Assembly (NCBI GenBank): GCA_002189035.1
Contig: NEEC01000016.1
Span: forward strand, 744,001 to 808,000
Direction: 5' to 3'
Length of the DNA: 64,000 nt
DNA from: Utricularia gibba
Taxonomy: Eukaryota > Plantae > Magnoliophyta
Shown: in pieces, positions 37,227 to 51,791 of the stretch
Layout: each line of letters starts with the position of its first letter
Position numbering within the stretch: position 1 is the stretch's first letter
Notes under the pieces: generated by a model
The model's input: only the letters and a program-made list of their open reading frames with translations
Told to the model about the DNA's origin: nothing
Database searches by the model: none
Made by a program: the position numbers and the translations under genes

Positions 37227-38850
37227 ATGGGTGAGGGTGAAGGTGCGCGGAAGATCTCAGTAGACGTGGAACGCAAGAACAGGCTCCCCAATTTCCAGCA
37301 ATCTGTGAGGTTGAAGTATGTGAAACTGGGGTATCACTACTTGATCTCTCACGGTATGTATTTGCTCCTCGTCCCATTCCTGGGCGTCTGCTCCTTCCAC
37401 CTCACAACTCTCGAGTCCCGAGATCTCATCCAGCTCTGGGATCAACTCAGATTCAACCTCCTCACGGTTGTTGTTTGCTCAACACTCATGGTGTTCCTCG
37501 CCACTCTCTGCTTCATGAGCAGACCCAGGAAGGTGTTCCTTGTGGACTTCGCTTGTTACAAGCCGCAGCCTGAAAATATTTGCACCAAGGAGATGTTCGT
37601 GGAGAAATCTATTCAAGCTCAGTGTTTCACCCCTGAGAATCTGGAGTTTCAGAAGAGGATCATTGAGAGGTCTGGTCTGGGACAGAAGACTTACTTCCCA
37701 GATGCTATAATCAGTGTTCCTGCAAATCCCAGTATGGAAGCTGCTAGAAAGGAAGCTGAAATGGTGATGTTTGGCGCCATTGACGAGTTGCTGAGCAAAA
37801 CTGGTGTTAAGGCGAAGGAGATTGGGATCCTTGTGGTCAACTGCAGCTTGTTTAACCCAACCCCATCACTATCCGCCATGATCGTCAATCACTACAAGCT
37901 CAGGGGCAACGTTCTGAGCTATAATCTCGGAGGAATGGGTTGCAGCGCTGGACTGATCTCCATCGATCTTGCTAAACAGCTTCTGCAGGTAACGATCTGA
38001 CCTTGATTCCCTGACTACTGGATCGAATTTCCAGAGCCCCCTAATTTCTCGAAATCCAGGTGAATCCCAATTCCTACGCACTGGTTGTGAGCATGGAGAA
38101 CATCACTCTGAACTGGTACTTCGGTAACCAGCGCTCGATGCTGGTTTCCAATTGCATTTTCCGAATGGGGGGCGGGCGATTCTACTGTCCAACAGACCCT
38201 CGGATCGCCGCCGCGCGAAATACCAACTGATGCACACAGTGAGAACCCACAAGGGCTCCGACGACAGAAGCTACTCCTGCGTGTTCCAAGAAGAAGACGA
38301 AAAAGGGGAAGTCGGGGTATCCCTATCGAAGGATCTCATGGCCGTCGCCGGCGAAGCCCTGAAAACGAACATCACCACGCTTGGCCCAATCGTGCTCCCG
38401 ATGTCGGAGCAGCTCCTCTTCCTGGCCACGCTCATCCTGCGAAAAGCCTTCAATCTAAGAATCAAACCCTACATCCCCGACTTCAAGCTCGCGTTCGAAC
38501 ACTTCTGCATCCACGCCGGCGGCCGAGCGGTCCTCGACGAGCTGGAGAAGAATCTGGAACTCACGGAGTGGCACATGGAACCTTCCAGAATGACCCTGTA
38601 CAGATTCGGCAACACTTCCAGCAGTTCCTTGTGGTACGAGCTGGCATACACGGAAGCCAAGGGAAGGATCCGGAAAGGTGATCGGACATGGCAGATCGCG
38701 TTCGGGTCGGGTTTCAAGTGCAACAGCGCGGTTTGGAAAGCCCTGCGACGCATCGACCCGGAGAGGGAGAAGAACCCGTGGATGGAGGAGATTCACGAGT
38801 TCCCCGTGGAGGTCCCAAGGATCGCCACACTCTCTGCAACCAAACAGTAA
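37227..38850 (+). CDS. KCS: 3-ketoacyl-CoA synthase (KCS2/11/20-like), 2 exons, frameshifted in this sequence
   Basis: Exon 1 37227-37988 has [21 protein letters not shown] and catalytic GMGCSAG. Exon 2 starts at 38060. NCIFRMGG and AILLSN lie in different frames at 38174-38176; downstream are [17 protein letters not shown] and [11 protein letters not shown]. Confidence 0.92.
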
Positions 38851-39403
38851 AAAGTAACTCCGATGTCACTCTTCACCATTCTCACGTTAGGGACAGGGGG
38901 CCTCGGTGCAAATAATGTATTTTTGAGTGCCACAGACACAAATGCAGTAAGTTGACAGTGCACATGGGACTGGAGCAGTCAGTCTGCGCTCTGCATTACC
39001 AGAGCCAGACATGCATAGTTACGGACGCATGGTCCATTTTCCTACACCACACCGTGGTAAAAAAGAACAAACTACTGTCTGAAAACAAACCCAAATCGAT
39101 TTAGGAGTTGCTGGTCGTGTTGCTGAACTGTGAAAAGAGCACAAATTGGATCCATGGAGTGGCGCGCAAGAAGGGTTCGTTGGATGGGTATTTATGGTAC
39201 CAGTTTCTCCATTGATGGAACTCAGCGCACACCTGATCATCCCACTGGTACGTCTGTGAGAGGAAGGGTAGTTGCGCAGATTGAAGTTGGCCGATGTGGG
39301 ATGTGATTGATGCAGCAAAACTTGGATTCTGATCACCATAAAGGTTGTAATTTGTACGGTACAAGAGGCAAAGAGGAAGAGTGGCAGCAACATCTATCTT
39401 CTC

Positions 39404-41953
39404 TTAGGGAACTGTCATAACTTGAATGGACTGCAACGTGTCGGTGACGGTGATCACCAGATCACCAGGCTTTATCAGCCCTCTGGCTTTGAGCAAGGAG
39501 AAGGTCTTGTTCAGGTTGCTCTCCATGTCATCGGCAAGCGCCAATCGGAAGGGCATCAGCCCCCATTGCAGGTTCAGTCGCCTGCGCACCGATGTGGTCG
39601 TGGTGAAGGCGAAGATGGGGCAGTCGGGGCGGCATCTTGACAACAGAGATGCCATGTGGCCAGTGTTGGTGTAGACGAAAATGGCATCAGCCTCTAGTTT
39701 GTTCGCTGCAGTATGTGATCGCAAGCATTAGTATGTAAAGGACAGTGCGTTTGACTGATTATGAAGACAGATTCTTCTTACCCATTTTGGCTGCACAGTT
39801 GCAGATCTCTTCTGAAATGGTGTCTGAGAAAGAAGATGCTATGGCAGGGAGTTCCTTCATGTCATGGTGCTTCTCTTCCCTCCACCATTTCTCAATTCTC
39901 AAGCTGACATTTCTGAGAACAGTCAGTGCCTTCTCGGGAAACTGGCCCATGGCAGACTCGCCGGACAACATCAATGCATCAGCTCGCTGGCGAACAGCCT
40001 CCGAAACATCGGCTACCTCCGCTCGAGTGGGTGTAGGATATTCTATCATCGACTCGAGCAACTGGCTGGCAACAATGACCGGCTTGTTTAATTGCCTGCA
40101 GACTTGAACAACCTTCTGCTGTTCAGATGGAACCTGCTCCAATGGTACTTGTGCACCCATGTCTCCTCTTGCAACCATTGCTCCATCAGACACTTGAATG
40201 ATCTCCTCCAAGTTCTTTAATGAGTCGATACTTTCAATTTTGGCGATTATAGCAATGTCTCTGCTTCACCACATGAATTCAGAAGTTGCAGAAATGGCAA
40301 AGAAAGATCCAACACCAAAAGGATAATGAAATTTAGTTTATGAATCACAACATACGAGTTTCAATCGCTCTAGCATGCAATGTTTGCTACTTCACGACTC
40401 AGAAACATGATACAAGTTAGCAAATGGAGAATGGCGTTTAGAGAATACCCTTCATGCGCCCGAGCTTGAATGTAGCTCTTCAGGTTCTTCAAAACTTCAG
40501 CAGATCTCACAAATGAGACAGCAATGAAGTCTACACCCTCGGTAATTCCAAAGTCAATGTCAAGCCAATCCTGACAAGCAAGCAATACTTAAATGAAAAT
40601 ACTGATATATGTGACTCTTGCAAGACTAAAATATAACCTTAAGTGAACCTTTGAGGAAATTGTAGGAAGCATTGCATTACGCTCCCTAACTAAGCTGCCA
40701 TCACGCCAGAACGTAAGATTGGCTCTAGGCAATAGACGCCCAGGATCAGTGCAGAGACACTTTACATCTGGACCAATCTTCTCTATCACCTCAAACCTGA
40801 CCATCCCACCATCCACCAGAAGTTCATCACCTACCCTTACATCTGCCAAGTGAGAAAGATTTGATCTGTTACCAATGCACACGATCTTCGCCATATTCAA
40901 GTATGGCTACAGCCAAACTCACAGCATAAATGCATGAAACTAGGACCTTAACCTTCTGCAAATCCATCATAGCTCACATTGATAGTTCGTTCAGGGAGTC
41001 CCGTGTCAAATACCCGAACACTAAAAGTCCATATCTCACCATCCTGCACAAGTGTGCATACTAAATTGGAAGTCCTTGACATCAACTAAATCGTGTAATC
41101 AGTAAAACCATCACAAGCCAGCCAAGATAATTTGGCACTCCTTTTCATTTCAGTGGTCTGCCTATTCCACACTATGGACATATGAAATACTCAGCAACGT
41201 ACAAGAAAAAGGGGAAAACGTTCAGAAAAACAACTTCTTTCAGAAATCTAGAACTAAGAAGGAGAAATGCAGCCAGAAGTTGTGATTTTTAACCTTATAA
41301 GAAGAATATGTTAAGAGGACGATAGTTCACAAGGCTGATGATTGACAATGATGAGCTTTCATAGCAATACCTTGATCCAAAGAACATAAGAGATCAAAAG
41401 GGCACAGTCTAAAACGTACCTCTGTTTTGACAGAGGAAGCACCACCAAGATCGCCCATGTGAATTTCACTACCCTCCGTGTCCATCATAATCGCAACCGC
41501 GTATCCCTTCTCCTCATTCAACTTCCTCACCCGCTGGATCACTTGCCTATGCCATTCCCTCGTCCCATGGCACATATTAATCCTGGCCACATTCATCCCG
41601 CCCACAGCCAACGCCTCCAGTTGCTCCGGCATACACGTCGCCGGCCCAATCGTACAAACCAACTTTGTTCGCCGCGTGCTGCGGAACCCATTCTCCTTGA
41701 CTTCCGTCTCCGTCACCGCATCCACCTCAATCGAACTGGCGTCGGTAATTGCCGAATATGGCACTGTAGCCAACCCAGAGCCGTTTTGGAAAGTTAGCCC
41801 TGATAGATTCCCATCCGATGCTGAAGCTCTGATCAAACAGGAGGGAGCAAAAGTAAGCGGCAATACGCGTTGAAGTGGCGGGTGTAGCGGCGAAGTGTAG
41901 CCGGAGACAAGAGCTTTAGCCGCGGAGTGCAGATTCAGAGACGCCGCTGCCAT
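39404..41953 (-). CDS. PKP1: Plastidic pyruvate kinase alpha subunit, 6 exons
   Basis: Transit-peptide-like [10 protein letters not shown]..., then [78 protein letters not shown], and end [10 protein letters not shown]. Confidence 0.94.
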
Positions 41954-42925
41954 TTCGGAGGCGGAGATCCTGAGATTGAAGTGATTGATAATGACAGTGA
42001 GAGAATGACCGTGACGGGCGAACACTCCGCTTAAAAAAAAAAATACTTTTTTTCAATATTTCTACACGCGTCACGCGCTATTAATTTATTATTTTTTTTA
42101 AAAAAATGTATGGTCACCAAATATGAAGCCCACGAGAAGCCCAATCGTGACCCTCCACCAAATCCCAACAATTTAATGGGCCGGTATCTGACAAATTATC
42201 GGCCCATAATTGTGTTTTTGTATTTCATTTTTCAATTTAATTTAAAAATGATTTTAAATAAATTTAAGCTTAATATATGTGAATGTATTAAAATGTGTTT
42301 CATTGTATAGTATACAATACTTATATCTAAGTTTACACATAAACCAATATTTGATTAGTTAACATATATATAATAATCTTATATAACTACACTATTTCCA
42401 TAATCTTTTAAGCATGTAAGCTTCGGATAATATACATAAATGGAGGGAGGGGATTAATTATATTTATACCACTTATATAATCATATTTATATTTTTAATA
42501 TCAAACGTTATATTTAATTGAATATATATATATATATATATATAATTATATTATATTTAAACACACTAATTCTTTATTATAAATTGATTTCTTAGAAAAA
42601 TAGCTATTCTCCCTTGAGTGTATGAGAAATTTGGGCACTGCATATATAAATAATAGATTGTAATATGTAATATAAAAAGGTAGGATGATAAATTTTATAA
42701 ATGGTCACAATATAATTATTTATTTCTCAAAAAAATGGGAGAACATGTTTAAAACCTTATAATATTCAAAAACATTTTTAAAACCAAGTAAACTTACTTT
42801 TCTGGACGGCACAACAGCCACCAGATCTGCTTTCAATGCCATCATTTATTCAGCGACTTCGGTGTCATAATGAAGTGCACATTGCCACCACCGGACCCAG
42901 CTCCTTATCCTCCTGGAGTCGCGCC

Positions 42926-45684
<2,759 letters not shown>

Positions 45685-46758
45685 CCGGTATATGGAGTCG
45701 GGTCGGGTCCCTCGAATATCACCCGGACAAAAGAACCCGGTGATGTTTGACCTATGTTGAAATTAAGTGGTTTTTTGTCCATGCCAAAAATTAAAACTTT
45801 ATAGTATACATTTATCGTACTTCTAACGTTGATGTAATTTTCATCATTGTTTTAAATTTTATAATCTTTTTAGTTTTGATTTAATAAGTTTTATTAAAAA
45901 TATTAGATTTAGATGATTATTTTTATTTTTCATAATATTTTTATATACTAAATATATCTCAACATTAATGACTCCAATTCAACTTAAAGTCATTTGTTTT
46001 TTTAAACATTGATTTCTATTAGAAAATATAAAATTCAAAATAATGAAAATATTTTTTGGAATATTTTTTTTGTATGAATAATTTTTGTGATTGAAAAAAG
46101 TATTTTAAAACTAGTTATATGAAATAGGAGCTACTTTTACTTTAAATGAAATAAAATTTTTAAAATATTTATTAATTTTAGTAAATTATACAGATAATTT
46201 TTATTTAATTTACTTTTGACAAGTATATCCTTATTAACTCCATGGGTAGATCTCAACAGCGTGTGTACGGAATGTCCAATGTTGTAATTAACTGCCTTGT
46301 CAGAGAAGCGTGTGTACGGTATGGCTGGTCTGAACCGTGTGTTGACCGGTGAGTGTGAACTCCGACCATGCAACCGCCCAGCAGTCGGTCAATGCCGGAG
46401 ACACGAATTGTCTTTCGGTATAAAGCAGACGAATCTGCATCATCCAAAGCACACTTTGGCTGATCTTTACGGGCAAGTAACTCGTGATGGAGACCTTGAT
46501 TTCCAAAAGCACCGCGGGCTCTGTGGATTCAAGGAAGACTTCTGATGCAAATCATTTTTTTAGTGCAAACCCCAGATGCTTTCTCTGAAAGTAGGACCGA
46601 AGGGTCTTACTTTTCCATGAGCATCTAGATATGGATGATGATATACAGTCGTGAGTGATGATGATTATCAGGAAAATTCTTTCCCGTGTGTTGTTGTCGT
46701 CTTCCTGGTTGTGTTGGGGTACAAATAGCTTTTGAGGCGATTGCATCAGTAGCTGAGA

Positions 46759-47570
46759 ATGGAGGGAGGAGTAAGCCATGAGCAGATGCTGGTGTTCCGG
46801 GCTTTTTTCGATCTGTTCGACAAAGATGGTGATGGTAAGCCCCGATCCTCGTCGGAGTTTTAATGGAAACTGGTGGGCATTCCCCCACAATCGGATCGAG
46901 TTCAGAATTTGTGCTGTTTTGGGGTTCCAGTATGTTGGGTAAGAAGCCGGTTTCTCTTGTAGGACACATCACTGCTGAAGACTTAGCCACGGTGGTCCGA
47001 TGCCATCTAGGTCGGAATCCGACGGCCGAAGAGCTCCAACGCATGATCGACTGTGCCGATGGTGACGGAAACGCGACGATCGAGTTCTCGGAGTTCCTCA
47101 ACCTCGTTGCTGGCAACACTCAGGTGGGTAGGGAAATATACATCCCTTGCACGATCACGCACACGCACAAACGTCTCAGCTACATCAGTTACCTGAGAAT
47201 ATCTAATGTGTATGCAATGCATGTGCCGGAGATGTTGATTCATGGTATTCTTTCACTTCGCAGGCAACTGATCCAGAGGAGGAACTCAAAGAGGCCTTTA
47301 AGGTGTTCGACAACGACCAGAATGGCCGCATATCACCCGACGAGGTCAGTCTGTTCTCCTCGGAAGCGAAGCAACTGTAACCTCCTTGGGAAAAAAGAGG
47401 ATCCTTTTCAAATGTTTTTGGTTTTGCGAGTGCAGCTCCGCATGGTGATGATGTCTCTGGGGGAGAAACTGAGCGAGGAAGAGGCGGAGCAGATGATAAG
47501 GGAGGCCGATTTGAATGGAGATGGCCACGTTGATTACCAAGAGTTTCGAAAAATCAACTGGATTCTGTAG
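46759..47570 (+). CDS. CML: Calmodulin-like protein (CML8/CML11-like), 4 exons
   Basis: [26 protein letters not shown] / [45 protein letters not shown] / [23 protein letters not shown] / [37 protein letters not shown]. Four EF-hand loops. Confidence 0.9.
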
Positions 47571-47969
47571 CCCGTACTCACGTTCCCGATTGTATTTCTA
47601 TGTTCATTTGATTCTTCGTTTTTTTCTCTTCAAATGCAGAGCAAGAGGATTAGTAAATAATCCGCTCTGATGTAGCAATTAATGACTGTAAAGAGTTGGA
47701 AAACAGTGTTAACTGAATGAAATCAATGCATCCTGACGAAAAGATGGAACTGGGTGTGGGTTTTTTTATATCCCCGTTGTTCTTGAAATCAAAAAGTCTG
47801 AAGGAACCCTAAAAACCACCGTGAAAACTACACCACAAAGAGCAGAAGCAGCTTGCATATGGAGAGCAGGAAAAAAACAAGTGTAAACGAAAGAACCCAT
47901 GGAATCAGGACACGAGGAGAGCAACGGGGACTCACTGTCATGAAACCCTAATGTTCTGTCTGTGTGGAG

Positions 47970-48070
47970 ACAAGGAGCGTGAGATGAGACTGCCGCATGA
48001 TCTGATCTTTCCCCATGAAGATGATGGATAGTTAAGATCAAGCTGGCAGCTTCACCACACGCTGCTCTCT
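47970..48070 (-). ncRNA. MIR167: MIR167 precursor; mature 48054-48034 UGAAGCUGCCAGCUUGAUCUU, star 48003-47983 AGAUCAUGCGGCAGUCUCAUC
   Basis: The mature arm differs from canonical miR167 (UGAAGCUGCCAGCAUGAUCU) only at position 14. The star arm pairs with 2-nt 3' overhang geometry and the stem extends (gcgtg/cacgc). Confidence 0.93.
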
Positions 48071-48146
48071 CCCATTCAACGCTGCTCCCTACTTACAACA
48101 CAACTCTCCCTCTCTCTGTATTCACACTCTTCCTCAGGAGAAGAGG

Positions 48147-48155
48147 ATATATATA
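48147..48155 (-). promoter_or_regulatory. Probable TATA box of the MIR167 primary transcript
   Basis: CTCTATATATATCC on the minus strand about 95 bp upstream of the mature miRNA, followed by a GA-rich leader. Confidence 0.55.
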
Positions 48156-48965
48156 GAGAAGGGAGGGATGAGTGCCCCAAAAGTGGGCACTGTTCTCTCT
48201 TTTATTCTCAAACTCCCATGGGTTCTGTATCCCAATTGGGTTGCAATACACCCCTCTTGAACCCATCATTTGGCAATGTTATGTGCATATACGCCACATT
48301 TCTAAAGTAGGCACCAATGTTGAATAAATTCCAGTCTTGCTATATGTTGTTACTACACTTCGATGGAAGATCAGGGGACATTGTGAAGTACAGACAGTGA
48401 GATTTTTACTTGGCATGTTCATTTATGAACCCTGACTGTTGTTCTAAGGGAATGGGAGGGACTGTCTGAGCGACCGCCTTCAGTTTTGAATACCAACCAA
48501 CCAACAAGCAGAGAATTAGTTAATGCGCTTACTACAACTCTACATGGCTTGGCTGCCTGCCCAGCTGCAGGAGGAGGAGCTGCTGCTGCTCTGCCAGAAC
48601 CCAACTGGTTGCTTACCAAGAAGATCAATCAAGTCGGCCAGCTGGAGATTTGAGTCTTCGAAGGTGGAAGAGGCATCCCTCATCCCTCCCCTTTAATTCG
48701 TACGTTTGCTTGCTTTATCAGCTGCAGGAATTGGTGTAGAGTTGCAGCAGATGCATTCAATTTAGAAACCCCTCTTCCTGTTTCCGTTCTTGTCACCCAA
48801 TTAACACTTCTGGAGACACTCAGCAGCTTTAATCGATCTCGCTAAGGCAGCCCTCCTGCAAAACGATTCACATCCCACATGTTGTGCTCTGTACTACACC
48901 CATCACTAGTAGTTTACCCTCGTGATATCATCTTCTGCTGCTAATGCACACCACTTTGGATTTCG

Positions 48966-49685
48966 GAGTTAATTGGGGAACTAGCCCTCTGCAAAAAAAC
49001 AGGTTTGATGAATGGCCCTATCTGGAAATTCTTGGCTATTTAGCCCTACTTTTTGTAGTTATTATCTAAATAGCCCAACTTTTAGTATAAATAAAAATAA
49101 TTAATTATTGATTACGAAAAATAATAATAGAAAATCAAATATATATTTTATATATATTTATTTATTCATTAAATTTTATATAACCAATATATAACTAAAT
49201 ATATATATAAAATGTATATTTGATTTTCGCCTGCTTGGATTCTTGATGTTAGCTCGGTGCAGGCACAGGATGGAGACATAGGCAGGATGTGGAGAAGGTT
49301 TGAGTTGAAGGGGGAGATACCTGTCTCCAGATCCTTTCATGGTGCTTGCGCCGATCCATCAGGGCGTTTCTTGTACCTCTGTGGCGGGATGGTGGATGGA
49401 GTGGTGAACCCGGCTGATTCCTATAAATTTTTAAATTTATGTTTTTAGCTATATATTAATTATATAAAATTTAATGAATAAATAAATAAATAAATAAATA
49501 TATATATATATAATGTATATTTGATTTTATATTATTATTTTTCGTAATCAATAATTAATTATTTTTATTTATACTAAAAGTTGGGCTATTTATATCAAAA
49601 AAATAGGGCTAAATAGCTAAGAATTTCCAGATAGGGCCATTCAGCAAACTTTTTTTTTGCAGAGGGCTAGTTCCCCAATTGACCC
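48966..49685. mobile_element. Pack-MULE (non-autonomous Mutator-like element) with a captured F-box/kelch gene fragment
   Basis: TIRs about 48966-49200 and 49443-49685 are near-identical inverted copies. TTGGATTTCG flanks both ends (48956-48965 and 49686-49695) as a 10-bp TSD. The internal GC-rich 49230-49421 is stop-free and encodes PAWILDV...SRSFHGACADPSGRFLYLCGGMVDGVVNPA. Confidence 0.92.
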
Positions 49686-50353
49686 TTGGATTTCGTACAG
49701 TTTTGATGAAAATTAGTTTATAAAATACCAAATTTTTGATTCAGATTACTTTGTCATAATTGTGATATTATATTATTAGTTGTTATTTGATTCGAGTAAT
49801 TTCCTTCTAATCAACAAGGGTTGCGGTAAAGCCTCATCAAAATTCATTTTTTTACGCAAAAAGTGATCTACTCAATTTAAAACGTACCAAATGATAGTAT
49901 GATAATATTTTAATCAATAGTTAATAATCATTCAATTTATATATTTTATTTTGATTAAATATTATTATTTTTTAATTCTAAATGTGTATTACATTTTAAT
50001 TCAATGCAAATAAGATATAATGTTCGTATATCTTCTTTCTAACAATATGATAAGATGTATTTTACAAACTAAATCCAAAATTCAGTCCTTTACAAACTAG
50101 TTTTTAGAAAAACTCTATATTATTAATTTACTCATTTTTTTTCTCAATACTGTCGACTTGTTCTATTTGGTTCACGGTTTCATGATGTGGGCATGCCCAG
50201 TGATCGTTTACAAAGGAAGATATGCACATAGAGTTCAAGTTCATCATCACTTGGGCTACACGAACCCATTTATTTCCATTTTGCATAGCCATCTATGGAT
50301 CAGATCAGATCAGATCAGATCATGCTTGTAACATTTTGCAAGGCTCTCTGGGA

Positions 50354-51483
50354 TCAGAATTTACCTGACCAGTTCGCGTCGCTTCCGACTCGAGGCATCC
50401 CGGTTTTGCGCTTTCCCGAGTCCTCGTCGACTTTGAAAGAGATCCCGCACACGTCGCCGGAGCTGTCCACTCGTGGCACGGCCTTCAGCTCACTGACAGG
50501 GTGCTCGTAGCTCTGCAAGCCCCCGGAGGAAGTGAAGAAGCATCCTGAAGGGTAATGAAAACAGGGGCATCAAGAGATTTTAAGGATCTGTGGTTTTCAC
50601 TGATTGATCGAATGAAACCCACCTTTGGGGAATGATGCGAAGGACTTTCCACAGCATTGCTTCACAGCTGTGTCCTCATTGGAGACAACGAGATTACCTG
50701 CAGCATCACTCCCCCAGAAGAAACGTGCACTCCCCTCTGCATCCTGCGCCAATTGGTGAGCAGGAGTTGTGAATGTGGGCGGCTTAATAATGATGCAGGG
50801 GATGTGGTTCTGAACTTACAGAAGCCATGAACACTGATTTTGAAGTGAGGTCGAATAGGATGAAGGCGAACTTTCCTGTGATGTCCCTCATGACTTGGGC
50901 AGCAGGGTAGGGAGCTCTGTCCCTCAAGGTTCTGTAAGCCTCAATCACAATGATCACCTCATTTGCTGTCTTGTTTAGACCATACTGCTGCTTGAGAAGT
51001 GCTATGCTTTCAATATGGCCTTCGAATATGCAGAATATGTCGTCCACCACTCCGAACAGCCTGTCAGAAGAAAATTTCCAAGCTGCTGATGAAAGAGATT
51101 ACAAACAGCATGAAAAAGTGGGCATAGACGATGATTGTCCAAAAGGGGTCATGCGAATTTCAATTTTCAGAGCAGAGTGAGTTCAAGGGAATCACATTAT
51201 TACAGATCAGATAATCAGCAGTAGTATCATCAAAATTCTACGGACGAGAACAAAAGGAAAGCCTGCGAATTGACCTTGGAGATAGTGGGTTCTGTCCATG
51301 GGAGGTGTAGGCCATGAAGCCAGCTGAAGGGAGCCTGATGAGGACGGAACCCGGGTGCACAGAGGAAAACTGGGTCGCCACAAGATCATCTTTTAGAGCA
51401 GAAACAGGAACTGCAGCAGGATCGGCGTGGAGGAGTAGTGCATCCGGAGTTTTCGCAACTGATCTCTCGAACACGGCCAACAT
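50354..51483 (-). CDS. DUF3700 / Wali7-like aluminium-induced (TSJT1-like) Ntn-fold protein, 4 exons
   Basis: MLAVFERSVAKTPDAL, DDIFCIFEGHIE, KQQYGLNKTANEVIIVIEAYRTLRDRAPYP, GKSFASFPKGCFFTSSGGLQSYEHP, and end MPRVGSDANWSGKF*. Confidence 0.92.
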
Positions 51484-51791
51484 CCCTTAACTTTTTGTTC
51501 TCCGACAAGATCAGATAAGATATTGGGAGTTGCTTTGACACCTAAGTCGCCCTTCGAGTTCCTTCAGTTGTACACAAAGTCAACGGGAAACAAAATAGCA
51601 ATTACTACAAATACAATAGCATTTATTTATTCTCTGTGGATTGTCAACGAGCATGATGCACATCTCACGTTTCGACAACTCTCAAATGAACAAATAGCTA
51701 TGGCCATTTAACAAAGAAATGCGTAGCTGTTTCATACTTCTGAAGGGTGCGTATAAGTACTGTACAAGAAAATTATTTCTGGAATCTGATG

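Noticed and set aside
39019-39393. Short minus-strand ORFs between KCS and pyruvate kinase
   Set aside because: They lie in the convergent 3'UTR zone, have no recognisable motif or splice structure, and are best treated as chance ORFs.
50297-50321. (GATCA)5 repeat, and (AT)n tracts at about 16013 and 42523
   Set aside because: Ordinary microsatellites.
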